A stretch of DNA of 64,000 bases from Fibrobacterales bacterium (GTDB lineage Bacteria > Fibrobacterota > Fibrobacteria > Fibrobacterales > JAOPTW01). This document shows, piece by piece, positions 30,824-40,659 of the stretch. The stretch's first letter is position 1, and every line of letters begins with the position of its first letter. Made by a program: the position numbers and the translations under genes. The notes beneath the pieces are model-generated. The model was given only the letters and a program-made list of their open reading frames with translations. It was not told where the DNA came from and made no database searches. Where the stretch lies: the NCBI GenBank assembly GCA_051532055.1, contig JAOPTX010000004.1, forward strand, positions 126,930 to 190,929, read 5' to 3'.

Positions 30824-32019
30824 AACAAATATTTCTCGTGGTGATTGTGCTGTTTTTAATTGGCTGTAGTAATGATTTTTATGGGGTTAATTCTGATGAT
30901 GGCCCTAGTTCAAATAATAGCGAATTGGTCAACAGTCAATCTTCGGGAGTAGAACTGAGTAATACTACAGAACCGTTTTGGGTACAAGTAGAGGATAATG
31001 ACTCGTTGTTGTTTGCACTTGCCAAAATAGAGGACAGGACGAGTGACTCGGTGAGAATGGTTGTGCATTCTTCTGGTAAAGGGGTCGCTATGATTGTTGA
31101 CTCAGCTCGCTTTGCTCGATTTGAAAATTGTGATATGTATCTTTATAATAGCTCTACGATGGACCGGAGCTTTATGAAAGAGATAATGGAGCCATTGCAT
31201 CAACTTTTTCTTGATAGCTTTGATTTTGCGGTATTTGTAAATAACATAGAACGAAGAGGTGATTGTAGATATCGGGCAGCATTTAAAAATTTACAAAATA
31301 CAACAGAGGGGATAGGAAAACAGCCATGGAATTTTGTACAAGAAGATTTTGTCAATAAGCGGTATCAAGGGTATATCCATATTCCCCAGCGAAACTATCT
31401 GTTGAGAGGGCCGATTTTACATGAGATAATCCATAATTGGGCGGATTATGTTATTGATTCGTCTAAAACAAGTCATTGGGGGACATTAGGTGTTGGAGGG
31501 TATCTTGGTGGCTGGGACCCGCAAACTCTTGTAGAAGTGGATTCTGGGACGTACTGTGCTGGGGGTCAACCTGGCTTTAAAAAATTTGCTACTGGTGGCG
31601 TCGCCAATAATATGGTCAAATATGCTCCTTTAGAGCTCTATTTGATGGGAATGTTACCAGCTGATTCGGTGCCTGAAATAGTGATACCACATCATTTTCG
31701 CTATAGTGCCATTGATACGAATCGAAGTTGTTTTACGGCGGACTCATTGGTTAATATGAGTATCGATGATATTATTGCTAAACATGGATCACGGGTCCCT
31801 GACTTTGAGAGTGCATCAAAACAGCTTTCAATGATATTTATTTTGGTCTCGTTAGAGGCGCCCACTGAGTTGGAATGGGATTATGTATTATCGACATCAG
31901 ACTCACTTATCTCAAAAGATCCTCTCCCAAAGTATCGACAAAATTTCTATTCGGCTACGGAAGGTCGAGGAGAACTTATTAGGCATAATCTTGTAGATAT
32001 GATTCGAGAACTTCCCTAG
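30820..32019 (+). CDS. Lipoprotein, putative zinc metallopeptidase (HExxH)
   Basis: Lipobox LIGC, Ser-rich linker, ILHEIIHNW, downstream SHWG and LELYLMG. Confidence 0.7.
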   Translation: MKQIFLVVIVLFLIGCSNDFYGVNSDDGPSSNNSELVNSQSSGVELSNTTEPFWVQVEDNDSLLFALAKIEDRTSDSVRMVVHSSGKGVAMIVDSARFARFENCDMYLYNSSTMDRSFMKEIMEPLHQLFLDSFDFAVFVNNIERRGDCRYRAAFKNLQNTTEGIGKQPWNFVQEDFVNKRYQGYIHIPQRNYLLRGPILHEIIHNWADYVIDSSKTSHWGTLGVGGYLGGWDPQTLVEVDSGTYCAGGQPGFKKFATGGVANNMVKYAPLELYLMGMLPADSVPEIVIPHHFRYSAIDTNRSCFTADSLVNMSIDDIIAKHGSRVPDFESASKQLSMIFILVSLEAPTELEWDYVLSTSDSLISKDPLPKYRQNFYSATEGRGELIRHNLVDMIRELP

Positions 32020-32123
32020 AAAGAGTTTAAATGTTGAGGGGTGTTTTCATAGGATTCCCATGCTGATAGTTGACTCTCTTTGTAATGTGTGGTACTATAA
32101 ATGAGAATCTATGAGGTCATCTA

Positions 32124-32915
32124 ATGGAAGAGTCACGTATTCTCATTGTCGAAGATGTTGCACAAAATCGTGCGTTACTGAGGTCTACAGTATTAAAAGG
32201 TTTTGAACATGTATTCGAAGCAGCTAATGGTAAAGAGGCCCTTCAAATATTAGAAACTGAACGTTCGATTGATATAATTTTACTCGACCTTATTATGCCT
32301 GAAATGGATGGTATTGAGTTTTTGAGAAATGTAAATAATCGAGATAAAGATATTCCGGTGCTGGTGCTGTCATCAACATCAGAAGTGAAAATGGCTATTG
32401 ATAGTTTGCGATTAGGAGCACGGGATTTTCTTGAAAAACCATATAACAAAGAGCTGATATTAAAGCGTGTAGAAGAGTTACTGAGTGATCGAGAAGATGT
32501 TCAACAATCTGATATTCTCTTTGTGGGAGAAGAATTTTCTTATGGAGAACTTCAAAATGTTTTTGATGATAAAAAAGAAAATGTCTTTGTTGTATCTACA
32601 TTTGAAGAGGCTGTAGAATTGTTAGAAAACGCCTTTTATGGCGTGATGATTACCGATCTTTCTAATAACAAGGATGCTATTCGGCCATTTTTATCTGAGG
32701 TTCTGAATTGTCATCCCGATATCATTTCATTAGTTACTGCAAAAGAAGAAGATAAGCTCATGGTATTTGATCTTGTTGATGAAGGATTGGTACGTGATAT
32801 GGTTCTTGATCCAGTTGATCTGAATGAGATGAGTATGACAGTAATGAATGCTTTAGTATACCATCATGAATCACATCAACTTCAATTGCTCCGTATTAAA
32901 AATCTTGACTCATAA
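32124..32915 (+). CDS. Response regulator with one canonical and one degenerate receiver domain
   Basis: IVED, LLDLIMPEMDG, LSS, FLEKP; second receiver ILFVGEE...MITDL...MVLDP. Confidence 0.85.
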   Translation: MEESRILIVEDVAQNRALLRSTVLKGFEHVFEAANGKEALQILETERSIDIILLDLIMPEMDGIEFLRNVNNRDKDIPVLVLSSTSEVKMAIDSLRLGARDFLEKPYNKELILKRVEELLSDREDVQQSDILFVGEEFSYGELQNVFDDKKENVFVVSTFEEAVELLENAFYGVMITDLSNNKDAIRPFLSEVLNCHPDIISLVTAKEEDKLMVFDLVDEGLVRDMVLDPVDLNEMSMTVMNALVYHHESHQLQLLRIKNLDS

Positions 32916-33073
32916 CTCTCATGGTAGGTGTGTAAGCTACAATTAGCAGGGCGTAGGGGAATATTAAAAAGTAATTATATCTATTTGCCTGCTTTTTATA
33001 GGTTGGCTATTTGGTGAAACTTTGATATACTTCTTATTAAATATTTGAAACATTCAGTTCTATCCAGGAGAAT

Positions 33074-33670
33074 ATGATGGCCACTAAGAAAGCTGCCAAA
33101 AAAGCAATTAAAAAAACTGTTAAAAAAGCAGTAAAAAAAGCAGTTAAGAAAGCTGCCAAAAAAGAAGTAAAAACGACTGTTAAAAAAGCGGTCAAGAAAG
33201 CGGTCAAGAAAGCTGCCAAGAAAGCTGCCAAAAAAGCAGTTAAAAAAGCAGTGAAAAAAGTTGAGAAAAAAGTAGTTAAAAAGGTTGTCAAAAAGGTCGC
33301 AGCAAAAACTGTTAAAGCTGTTGAAAAAAAAGTGGTGAAGAAAACGGTTAAAAAAGTTGTCGCTAAAAAAAGTGTTACTAAGAAGGCTGTTACTAAAAAA
33401 CCTGCATCGTCAAATGCAGTATCAAAACCAACTCAATTTGAAATTTATTCTCCTGACTCAAAAGATGTCTATCTTGCCGGGTCATTCAATGGTTGGGAAA
33501 TGCTCAAAATGAAACAAACTAAAAGCGGTGTTTGGGCAACTAAAGTATCTCTTCGAATTGGTGAGCATCAGTATAAATATGTATTCGAAGGTGTTTCATG
33601 GGAAATAGATCCTGCTGCACCAGCAATATCATCTGAACAAGGTTTGAACAACCTTGTAATAGTAAAATAA
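33074..33670 (+). CDS. Histone H1-like Lys/Ala/Val repeat region fused to a CBM48/AMPK-beta-type glycogen-binding domain
   Basis: Residues 1-109 are KKxx repeats (49 Lys). C-terminal VYLAGSFNGW...SGVW...LRIGEHQYKY...WEIDP...NNLV. AGGAG RBS and its own terminator hairpin. Confidence 0.88.
   Translation: MMATKKAAKKAIKKTVKKAVKKAVKKAAKKEVKTTVKKAVKKAVKKAAKKAAKKAVKKAVKKVEKKVVKKVVKKVAAKTVKAVEKKVVKKTVKKVVAKKSVTKKAVTKKPASSNAVSKPTQFEIYSPDSKDVYLAGSFNGWEMLKMKQTKSGVWATKVSLRIGEHQYKYVFEGVSWEIDPAAPAISSEQGLNNLVIVK
33086..33400 (+). repeat. Degenerate 12-bp tandem coding repeat (KKAV/KKAA/KKVV)
   Basis: For example AAAGCGGTCAAG x2, then AAAGCTGCCAAG and AAAGCTGCCAAA, at 33185-33232. Confidence 0.85.
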
Positions 33671-33683
33671 TCAAGAGGTTTAT

Positions 33684-33701
33684 AGGTGCCTGAGGGCACC
33701 T
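33684..33701 (+). terminator. GC-rich hairpin, probable terminator of the histone-like/CBM48 gene
   Basis: AGGTGCC-TGAG-GGCACCT, 13 nt after the stop, with a weak U tail. Confidence 0.6.
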
Positions 33702-33819
33702 GTTATCTCGGTATCGTATTTCTCCTTGTAACTTTCTTTAGAAGGAGCTCTCTCTCCTTCGCAATCTATTGCCATCATCTATAAAACTAGCTACAATTGG
33801 ATAAGTTTAATATGAGGGA

Positions 33820-34812
33820 TTGCATGTGGTTGCTTTTCGGGCACTGATACTCACAATTATCACCCTATTATTTTCGCTGGTAGTACTCCAGTGTAGTGAT
33901 ACTCAATCAAATAAAAATTCTCGTCTTCATATTACGGTATCGACTTATTCAGTATATGAATTAGTAAATGAACTCGTGCAAGGTGTACCTGGCGTTTCGC
34001 TGGAATTACTGGCACCTGGGAACAAGGGGTGCTCCCATAATTATGTACTCACTCCTCAAAATATGATGACATTGAATAATAGTCGATTGTTAGTCCTTAA
34101 TGGTTTGGGCATGGAGGCGTTTATCACTGAAAAAATATTGTCTCAATATCCAAAACTATTTGTAATTGTAGGGGCCGCTGGAGTTCCTGACTCTTTGGTG
34201 CTCTATAGTGATTCTGAAAATACTGAATTGTCTGGTCTTCATGAAAACCATGATCATCATGAGCATGAAGAAGGCGTTCACCAAGCAAATCCTCACTATT
34301 TGCTTTCGCCACTCGAACGACTCTATGGTGCGCAGTCCGTTGGGGAGGCATTGATGCATATTGATACGAACTACACAAAGCATTATCAAACGAATCTCGA
34401 TAGTATTCGCCAAAGGCATAAAGCCCTGAGTACAATTGAAAGAGTGAGTCGGACAGAGTCTTTTAGGGTGATAACCCAAGATGCCCTTTTTGCCTATCTA
34501 TTGCCGCAACTCAATATAGCGAGTGTCGGTACCCTTCATGCCCATGATGGTGCGCGCCCAACTCTTGCAGAACTTAAGGTGTTGGTTGAACAGCTAAAGG
34601 GGCAAGTGGTCGATGCGCTTTTTGTTGAGAATGAAATGTCCCCAGAGGTATTGGAAACACTCTCACGTGAAGTGTCGGTGCCAGTTGTGTTATGGGAATC
34701 TACGCCTAATGCTCTTGCCCAAACCGATGTGCTTGGCTACTACAAACGGCATGCGCGCAATATGAAACGTTTGAATGAAGTAGTTATATCAACTGAAAAG
34801 GGTCGTGAATGA
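33820..34812 (+). CDS. znuA: Metal (Zn/Mn) ABC transporter substrate-binding lipoprotein, cluster A-I
   Basis: CSHNYVLTP, VLNGLGME, His-rich loop HENHDHHEHEEGVH, NPHYLLSP, RPTLAEL. Confidence 0.85.
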   Translation: MHVVAFRALILTIITLLFSLVVLQCSDTQSNKNSRLHITVSTYSVYELVNELVQGVPGVSLELLAPGNKGCSHNYVLTPQNMMTLNNSRLLVLNGLGMEAFITEKILSQYPKLFVIVGAAGVPDSLVLYSDSENTELSGLHENHDHHEHEEGVHQANPHYLLSPLERLYGAQSVGEALMHIDTNYTKHYQTNLDSIRQRHKALSTIERVSRTESFRVITQDALFAYLLPQLNIASVGTLHAHDGARPTLAELKVLVEQLKGQVVDALFVENEMSPEVLETLSREVSVPVVLWESTPNALAQTDVLGYYKRHARNMKRLNEVVISTEKGRE

Positions 34813-35591
34813 GTACTGCGGTAAGTCTTAAAAATGTGTCCATTAACTTGCATGGGGTTTCGATACTTAAGAACGTCTCGGCGACAATTCCTGTAGGTGG
34901 TTCGACTGCTATAATTGGGCCAAATGGCGCGGGAAAGACGACGCTCTTAAAGGCTATATTAGGTGAGGTGCCTTATGAAGGGGTGATACAATACTCTCAT
35001 GATGAGCCTGGTCAGAGGCCAAGGATTGGGTATGTGCCTCAACGACTCCATTTTGATAGAGGTATACCGTTGCAGGTAATAGAGTGCTTGGCTATGGGGC
35101 AACAGCGAAGGCCATTATGGTTAGGTATTAAAAAAAATGTGCGCAGTAATGCATTGGGGCTTCTTCGGTCAGTGAAGGCTGAGCACCTTGCAGAGAGGCG
35201 TCTTGGAGAATTATCAGGAGGGGAACTCCAGCGGGTACTTCTCGCTTTAGCCCTTCAGCAAGAGCCTCAATTACTGATTCTTGATGAGCCGGCGGCTGGG
35301 GTAGACCCTCATGGCGAGCTGCTCTTTTGTGAAATCCTTGAAGCACAGCGAAAAGAACGGGGATATACACAGCTCATGGTTAGTCATGATTTGGGGACGG
35401 TGAGTAATCATGCGACCCATGTTATCTGTTTGAACAAAGAGGTGGCGGCTGAGGGTGCGCCACATGACGTTCTCACTCAAGAGGTGCTGACCACAATTTT
35501 TGGTGCGCATATGGGGTTAGTGAGTCCTGCAATAGCTTCGGATGGGATGGTGCATAGTCATAATTGCCAGCATCATAAGGAGGATGTATGA
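34809..35591 (+). CDS. znuC: Metal ABC transporter ATP-binding protein
   Basis: GPNGAGKTT, IGYVPQ, LSGGELQR, LILDEP, VSHD, His/Cys-rich tail. Confidence 0.9.
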   Translation: MSTAVSLKNVSINLHGVSILKNVSATIPVGGSTAIIGPNGAGKTTLLKAILGEVPYEGVIQYSHDEPGQRPRIGYVPQRLHFDRGIPLQVIECLAMGQQRRPLWLGIKKNVRSNALGLLRSVKAEHLAERRLGELSGGELQRVLLALALQQEPQLLILDEPAAGVDPHGELLFCEILEAQRKERGYTQLMVSHDLGTVSNHATHVICLNKEVAAEGAPHDVLTQEVLTTIFGAHMGLVSPAIASDGMVHSHNCQHHKEDV

Positions 35592-36433
35592 TTGAGTGGA
35601 TATGTTCAGGTTTAGCGTGTCTTCCTATTGCGGGCATGGAAATGCAGTTTATGCAGCTTGCACTTTTAGGTGTGTTGATCTTGGCGCCCTTGACGGCGAT
35701 GATGGGAGTGCAAGTAGTTAATTTTAGAATGGCTTTTTATGCTGATGCGATAAGTCATACGGCTTTTACGGGAGTCGCTTTAGGATTGCTTTTTGGTTTT
35801 AATCCCTATTGGACTATGCCTCTCTTTGGGGTAGTTGTGGGGGTGGGGATTGTTGCGCTTCAACGAAAAAGCATGTTGGAATCCGATACCATTATTGGGG
35901 TTCTTTTCTCTGGCGTACTAGCTTTTGGTCTGGCGATTGTAAGCAGGGATCGTTCGATTGGTACTGATATAACGCGATTTCTCTATGGTGATATTCTTAC
36001 GATTAGTCACTCAGATTTGACGTGGCTTTCAATTTTGGCAATAATAGTGGTTCTTTATCAGGTGCTTGGCTTTAATCGTCTTATCTATGTAGGGCTCAAT
36101 CCGGTTCTTGCTGAAACACATCGGGTAACCGTTTCCTTTTATCAATACAGTTATGCGGTGCTCCTTGCGTTAGTTGTTATCTTTGCTGTTTGGTGGGTAG
36201 GGGTGTTGTTAGTTACAGGAATGTTGATATTGCCTGCGGCAGCTGCACGTAACTTGTCTCGATCGGCGGGGGTGATGTATTGGTGGGCGTTAATTATTAG
36301 CCTTACTTCTGCGGTAGTGGGGCTCTATATCTCTGCTCAGTCCTGGGCTCAAACAGCAACAGGAGCAACTATTGTGTTGGCTGGTTTTTGTTGGTTTGTG
36401 GTGAGTGTTGGTGTCCGTGCTATAAAAAAATAG
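35588..36433 (+). CDS. znuB: Metal ABC transporter permease (ABC-3)
   Basis: MAFYADAISHTAFTGVALG, DTIIG, FLYGDIL, VGVLLVTGMLILPAAAAR. Confidence 0.9.
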   Translation: MIEWICSGLACLPIAGMEMQFMQLALLGVLILAPLTAMMGVQVVNFRMAFYADAISHTAFTGVALGLLFGFNPYWTMPLFGVVVGVGIVALQRKSMLESDTIIGVLFSGVLAFGLAIVSRDRSIGTDITRFLYGDILTISHSDLTWLSILAIIVVLYQVLGFNRLIYVGLNPVLAETHRVTVSFYQYSYAVLLALVVIFAVWWVGVLLVTGMLILPAAAARNLSRSAGVMYWWALIISLTSAVVGLYISAQSWAQTATGATIVLAGFCWFVVSVGVRAIKK

Positions 36434-36600
36434 GATTTCTTCCTGTTGTATATATACTTGTGTAATTTGATTTGGCTGCGTCAATAATTTATACCGCAGT
36501 CTATAAATTTGACTAAAAAAAGTAAAATTTTATTTTTAGTTGTGGTATAATAAAAAGTAAGCGTGATACAATTGGGCAAATCCATTAATACGGTGGCACT

Positions 36601-38475
36601 ATGCACTTTTCTAATCTATCTCTCAAAAAGAAATTGATGATCTCTTCAGTACTTTTTGCAATCCTACCACTACTCGCCCTTGGAATAATCAGTTATGTAA
36701 GCTCTAAAGATGCTCTGTTTAAGCAGGTCGAAGATAAATTATTGAGCCAGGTAGAGTATTATTCTGAGATGCTTGATAAAGATATTTTGGCTGTGACAGG
36801 TCAGGTGAGTGAATCAAGAAATCAAGCACAGCTTATTGTGCACCAACAGGCTGTGCTTGTTAGTCAAATAGTAGGGCAAACGTTGGACTCTCCTGACGAA
36901 ATTAAAGATCGGTTAGCTTCAATAGTAGTAGGGACAACTGGATATGTGTTTGCAATCGATTATTCAGGTAGATATGTGGTGAGTAAAGGACGCGTTGCTG
37001 ATGGTAAGGACATTAGCTCTGTAAAAGATGCTGATGGAGCGTATGTTATTCAAGAGATGGTCGCTCTTGGTAAGGGGTTAAAACAAAATGAAGTAGTACT
37101 TAAGCCTTATAATTGGAAAAATAGTGATGATATACTGGCTCGTGAAAAGGTTGCCGCTCTCATTCACGTTCCTGAGCACGGTTGGATAATAGGGGTAAGT
37201 GCCTATTACGATGATCTTGTTGATATGCAGGGGATTCAAAGTGTGAAAAAGTCTTTTCGTGAGAAGGTGCTCTCTCAAAAGGTGGGGGAAACAGGGTATA
37301 TGTATGTGATGGACTCAAAAGGGAGTTTGGCAATACATCCTTCAAAAGAGGGTGAAAATTTAAGCAAGTATCCATTTATTCAAGAAATGTGTGATAAAAA
37401 AAGTGGGATTACGTCATATGAATGGGGTGGAAGAGAGAAAATTGTTGCCTACACCTATTATGAGCCACTTGATTGGGTTATAGCCTCTGGTAGTTATTTA
37501 AGTGACTTTAGTGGGTCACTAAAAAGCCTTACCAATGCCTTGGTACTTTCAATGATTATCGCGGGAGCTATAGCAATCGGTTTGGCCTTACTTATGAGTC
37601 GTTCAATTGTATCCCAACTTTTGAGCAGTTCAGTGAGGCTTGGTGAAATATCGGGGTGTGTTACATCTATGAGTGAAGAGATATCAAGTTCGAGTCAAAA
37701 TATTGCAAAAGGAGTTGTTGAGCAGTCAGCGAATGTTGAAGAGTTTACTCAGAGTATTAATCATCTTTCTGATAATGTGTTGGAGTCCTCAAAAGAAGTA
37801 CAGGAAGTAACAGGAATAATAGAGCACAATAATATCCGAACACGAGAGGGGAAAGAGGCTGTTGAGAGTTTAAGTCAGGCTGTAAAAGATATGTATGACT
37901 CTTCTGTTAAAACGGGGGGGATTGTAAGTACAATAAATGAAATAGCATTTCAGACAAATTTACTTGCACTGAACGCGGCAGTGGAAGCGGCACGAGCAGG
38001 GGAGGCAGGCAAAGGATTTGCTGTAGTTGCTGAAGAGGTTCGTAGTCTTGCACAAAAAGCTGCGGAGTCAGTGAAACAAACAACGGAGCTTCTCAATCAA
38101 TCAAAAGGTTATGCGGAGCGAGGGGCAACACTTTCAGCTCAAGCTTCAGAAATAATTGAAGAGATAGAGCTGAGTTCACGTTCTGTTACGGAGCGCTTCG
38201 GGACGGTTTCAAGAAATTCGGAATCTCAAGTGGGTACAATAGAGGAGATACGGAAAAATATTGGCGAAATAGAAGATGTTGCTCAAAGTAATGCATCGAC
38301 ATCTGAGGAGTCGGCTGCTGCCTCAGAAGAACTCTACGCTCAAGTTGGGTTACTTGATCAAGCGGTTCACGATATAGAAATTGTCATACATGGTGAAAAA
38401 AAGAGGCCTCAGAGGGGTGAATATGTGGCTGCGTTACTACCGCAGTTTACCGAACCAGCATGGTCAGACGGGTAG
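36601..38475 (+). CDS. Methyl-accepting chemotaxis protein with Cache sensor domains
   Basis: Two TMs; two Cache signatures (VGTTGYVFAID, VGETGYMYVMDSKG...IHP); MCP core [21 protein letters not shown]. Confidence 0.92.
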   Translation: MHFSNLSLKKKLMISSVLFAILPLLALGIISYVSSKDALFKQVEDKLLSQVEYYSEMLDKDILAVTGQVSESRNQAQLIVHQQAVLVSQIVGQTLDSPDEIKDRLASIVVGTTGYVFAIDYSGRYVVSKGRVADGKDISSVKDADGAYVIQEMVALGKGLKQNEVVLKPYNWKNSDDILAREKVAALIHVPEHGWIIGVSAYYDDLVDMQGIQSVKKSFREKVLSQKVGETGYMYVMDSKGSLAIHPSKEGENLSKYPFIQEMCDKKSGITSYEWGGREKIVAYTYYEPLDWVIASGSYLSDFSGSLKSLTNALVLSMIIAGAIAIGLALLMSRSIVSQLLSSSVRLGEISGCVTSMSEEISSSSQNIAKGVVEQSANVEEFTQSINHLSDNVLESSKEVQEVTGIIEHNNIRTREGKEAVESLSQAVKDMYDSSVKTGGIVSTINEIAFQTNLLALNAAVEAARAGEAGKGFAVVAEEVRSLAQKAAESVKQTTELLNQSKGYAERGATLSAQASEIIEEIELSSRSVTERFGTVSRNSESQVGTIEEIRKNIGEIEDVAQSNASTSEESAAASEELYAQVGLLDQAVHDIEIVIHGEKKRPQRGEYVAALLPQFTEPAWSDG

Positions 38476-38623
38476 TACAGTGATGGAGGATTAAAAAATA
38501 GACTCAAACGAGCTTGTGTTGGTTATTAAGCTGTAATTATTAGTTATTAGTGATCCAAATGTATGGTTTGTATTGATGTTTGATGATATAATAAAGAGTG
38601 AAATAGAAAGGAAAGGGTGGTTC

Positions 38624-40642
38624 ATGCTTAATGATATTTCTCTAAAATTTAAGATTTTAATAATTGTAGCAAGTTTTGTATTAGCAACTATTTTCTCAAT
38701 GGCGATAGGGCGATACTATGCGCAAAAGGTAAATTACTTTACTCATAAAATTGGGCAAGAGAGTCTTAAGCTTACACCTTTGATTGTGAGTTTAAAACTT
38801 GATATTATTCAGGTGCAACAGTGGCTTACGGACATTTCTGCAACTCGAGGAAAGCCTGGGTTTGATGATGGTTTTGATGAAGCTGAAACGTATGCAAAAG
38901 ATTTTAAGCTAAAGATAAAAGATGTACAGCGGCTTTTGTCGACGATGCATAGACCTTCGGCTCTTATGGCGGTGGACTCGTTGAGTGCAGCTTTTGGTGG
39001 CTTTTATGACGTGGGGAAAAAAATGGCGAAAACTTACATTAGTGAAGGCACTGATGCAGGTAATGTGCACATGGAAAAGTTTGACCCCTATGCTGCAAAC
39101 TTAGTACAACGATTAGAAGTGGTGGAGGCAATGCAAGAAGCTTTGCTTAAAGAGCAGTTTGGAAAGGTAATCGAGGTAGAAAAATCTGCAATAATAGTGC
39201 CCTTGGTGGTTGTGTCTCTTGTTCTTTTAGTGGCTTTTATAATTACATTCTTAATGTTTAGGGCCATATCAAGACCGGTTGAACGTGTATCGGATTTCAA
39301 TAAACAAGTGAGTGAAGGGGACTTTTCTCAAACATTGATGTTTAATGGGACAGATGAGCTACAGACAATGGGGAGGCAACTTAATGATATGATTCTTAAT
39401 TTTAGAACAGTCCTTCGCAATACATTTGCAACATCTTCCTCGGTTATAGCTGGTTCAGCTGAAATGAAGAATATAACCAGATTGTTAAAGACAGAGACGC
39501 TCAATGTTGCTGAGCAAATGGATCGCTTACTGAATCGTAATATGGTGATTACTGATAAAGTAACGAGTGTGTCGGCTGGTGTAGAAGAACTGTCTACGTC
39601 AATTGGTACCATCGCAAGTGCTGTAGAAGAATTCAATAGTTCAATAACTGAGGTGAGAGAGGTTACGCGTAAGGAATCAGACCTTTCTAAGAGCGCAACT
39701 GAGAAGGTTGACATTTCTCATTCTAAAATGGTGGGCCTGAGTGCGACTTCACAGGAAATTGGGAAAATTATAGCAGTAATTAATAGTATTGCAGATCAGA
39801 CAAATTTACTCGCGCTTAACGCCACGATTGAGGCGGCCTCTGCTGGAGATGCGGGCAAAGGGTTTGCAGTGGTGGCAAGTGAAGTAAAAGAACTTGCTAA
39901 ACAAACTGCTCAGGCTACTGAGCAAATACAGATTCAGATATCCTCAATGCAAAATGAAATTACTGGAACTCTTTCATCATTTACTGAAGTCAAGGAAATT
40001 ATAGAAGGAGTGAGTGAGAGTTCACAAATGGTGTATGTGACAATCGAGCAACAACAACTTGTCCTTAGTGAAATATCTGAAAATGTAGGTCAAACTACTA
40101 TCGCTTCAAATGAAATTGCTGAGAATTTATTGCACTCATCGCAAGAGGTTCAGAATGCAAATAGCGAAATAGCAGATACAAAAAAAGCGATGGATTCGGT
40201 CGATAATATGACGAAGGTTTTGGCGACCTATAGTGAGTATATTGCGTCACTCAGTGGTGGGATTTATGAGCGTCTCAATGTGTATACGTTAAGTGAAAAA
40301 GAAATGGATATTAATGGTATTAAGTCTTCTCATATGCAATGGGCGGGTAAATTATTGGATATGATTGCCGGTAAAGTGAGCTTGAAAGTAGATGAAATTA
40401 CTGGTCCTCATGAGTGTCAATTTGGAAAAGTAATTGATGCCATGGAAGGTGAGGTACGTGAAAGTGCAGAGTTTAAACAGCTATATCAGCAACATGTTAC
40501 AATTCATGAATCCATCCTTGCTGTGGTAGAGGCGTACCATACTCAAGATGTACTCGTTGCATTTCGTGCATTAGAAGAGTTTGAAAACAAGAGGGTTGCA
40601 CTGTTTGAATCTCTCGATCAATTCTATCTTAATAAAAGTTAA
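38624..40642 (+). CDS. Methyl-accepting chemotaxis protein with HAMP and C-terminal CZB (zinc-binding) domain
   Basis: Periplasmic [13 protein letters not shown] four-helix-type domain, HAMP (GDFSQ...DEL), [23 protein letters not shown] ligands HMQW...HECQFGK...HVTIH. Start moved to ATG 38624; the track gives 38573. Confidence 0.9.
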   Translation: MLNDISLKFKILIIVASFVLATIFSMAIGRYYAQKVNYFTHKIGQESLKLTPLIVSLKLDIIQVQQWLTDISATRGKPGFDDGFDEAETYAKDFKLKIKDVQRLLSTMHRPSALMAVDSLSAAFGGFYDVGKKMAKTYISEGTDAGNVHMEKFDPYAANLVQRLEVVEAMQEALLKEQFGKVIEVEKSAIIVPLVVVSLVLLVAFIITFLMFRAISRPVERVSDFNKQVSEGDFSQTLMFNGTDELQTMGRQLNDMILNFRTVLRNTFATSSSVIAGSAEMKNITRLLKTETLNVAEQMDRLLNRNMVITDKVTSVSAGVEELSTSIGTIASAVEEFNSSITEVREVTRKESDLSKSATEKVDISHSKMVGLSATSQEIGKIIAVINSIADQTNLLALNATIEAASAGDAGKGFAVVASEVKELAKQTAQATEQIQIQISSMQNEITGTLSSFTEVKEIIEGVSESSQMVYVTIEQQQLVLSEISENVGQTTIASNEIAENLLHSSQEVQNANSEIADTKKAMDSVDNMTKVLATYSEYIASLSGGIYERLNVYTLSEKEMDINGIKSSHMQWAGKLLDMIAGKVSLKVDEITGPHECQFGKVIDAMEGEVRESAEFKQLYQQHVTIHESILAVVEAYHTQDVLVAFRALEEFENKRVALFESLDQFYLNKS

Positions 40643-40659
40643 TTTTAATTGAGTACGTT

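Noticed and set aside
33037..33291. Antisense ORF with TAFL/AAFL repeats that looks like a hydrophobic repeat protein
   Set aside because: It is the reverse-complement shadow of the KKAV/KKAA codons. The plus strand has the RBS, the CBM48 domain and the terminator.
33761..33776. GCAATCTATTGC palindrome upstream of znuA as a Zur/Fur box
   Set aside because: It is short, and I cannot match its spacing to a box I can verify.
36573..36600. GGGCAAATCCATT...GGTGG before an MCP gene, resembling the start of a c-di-GMP-I riboswitch
   Set aside because: It lacks the GNRA loop, the GACGCAAAG segment and the second stem, and the start codon follows immediately.
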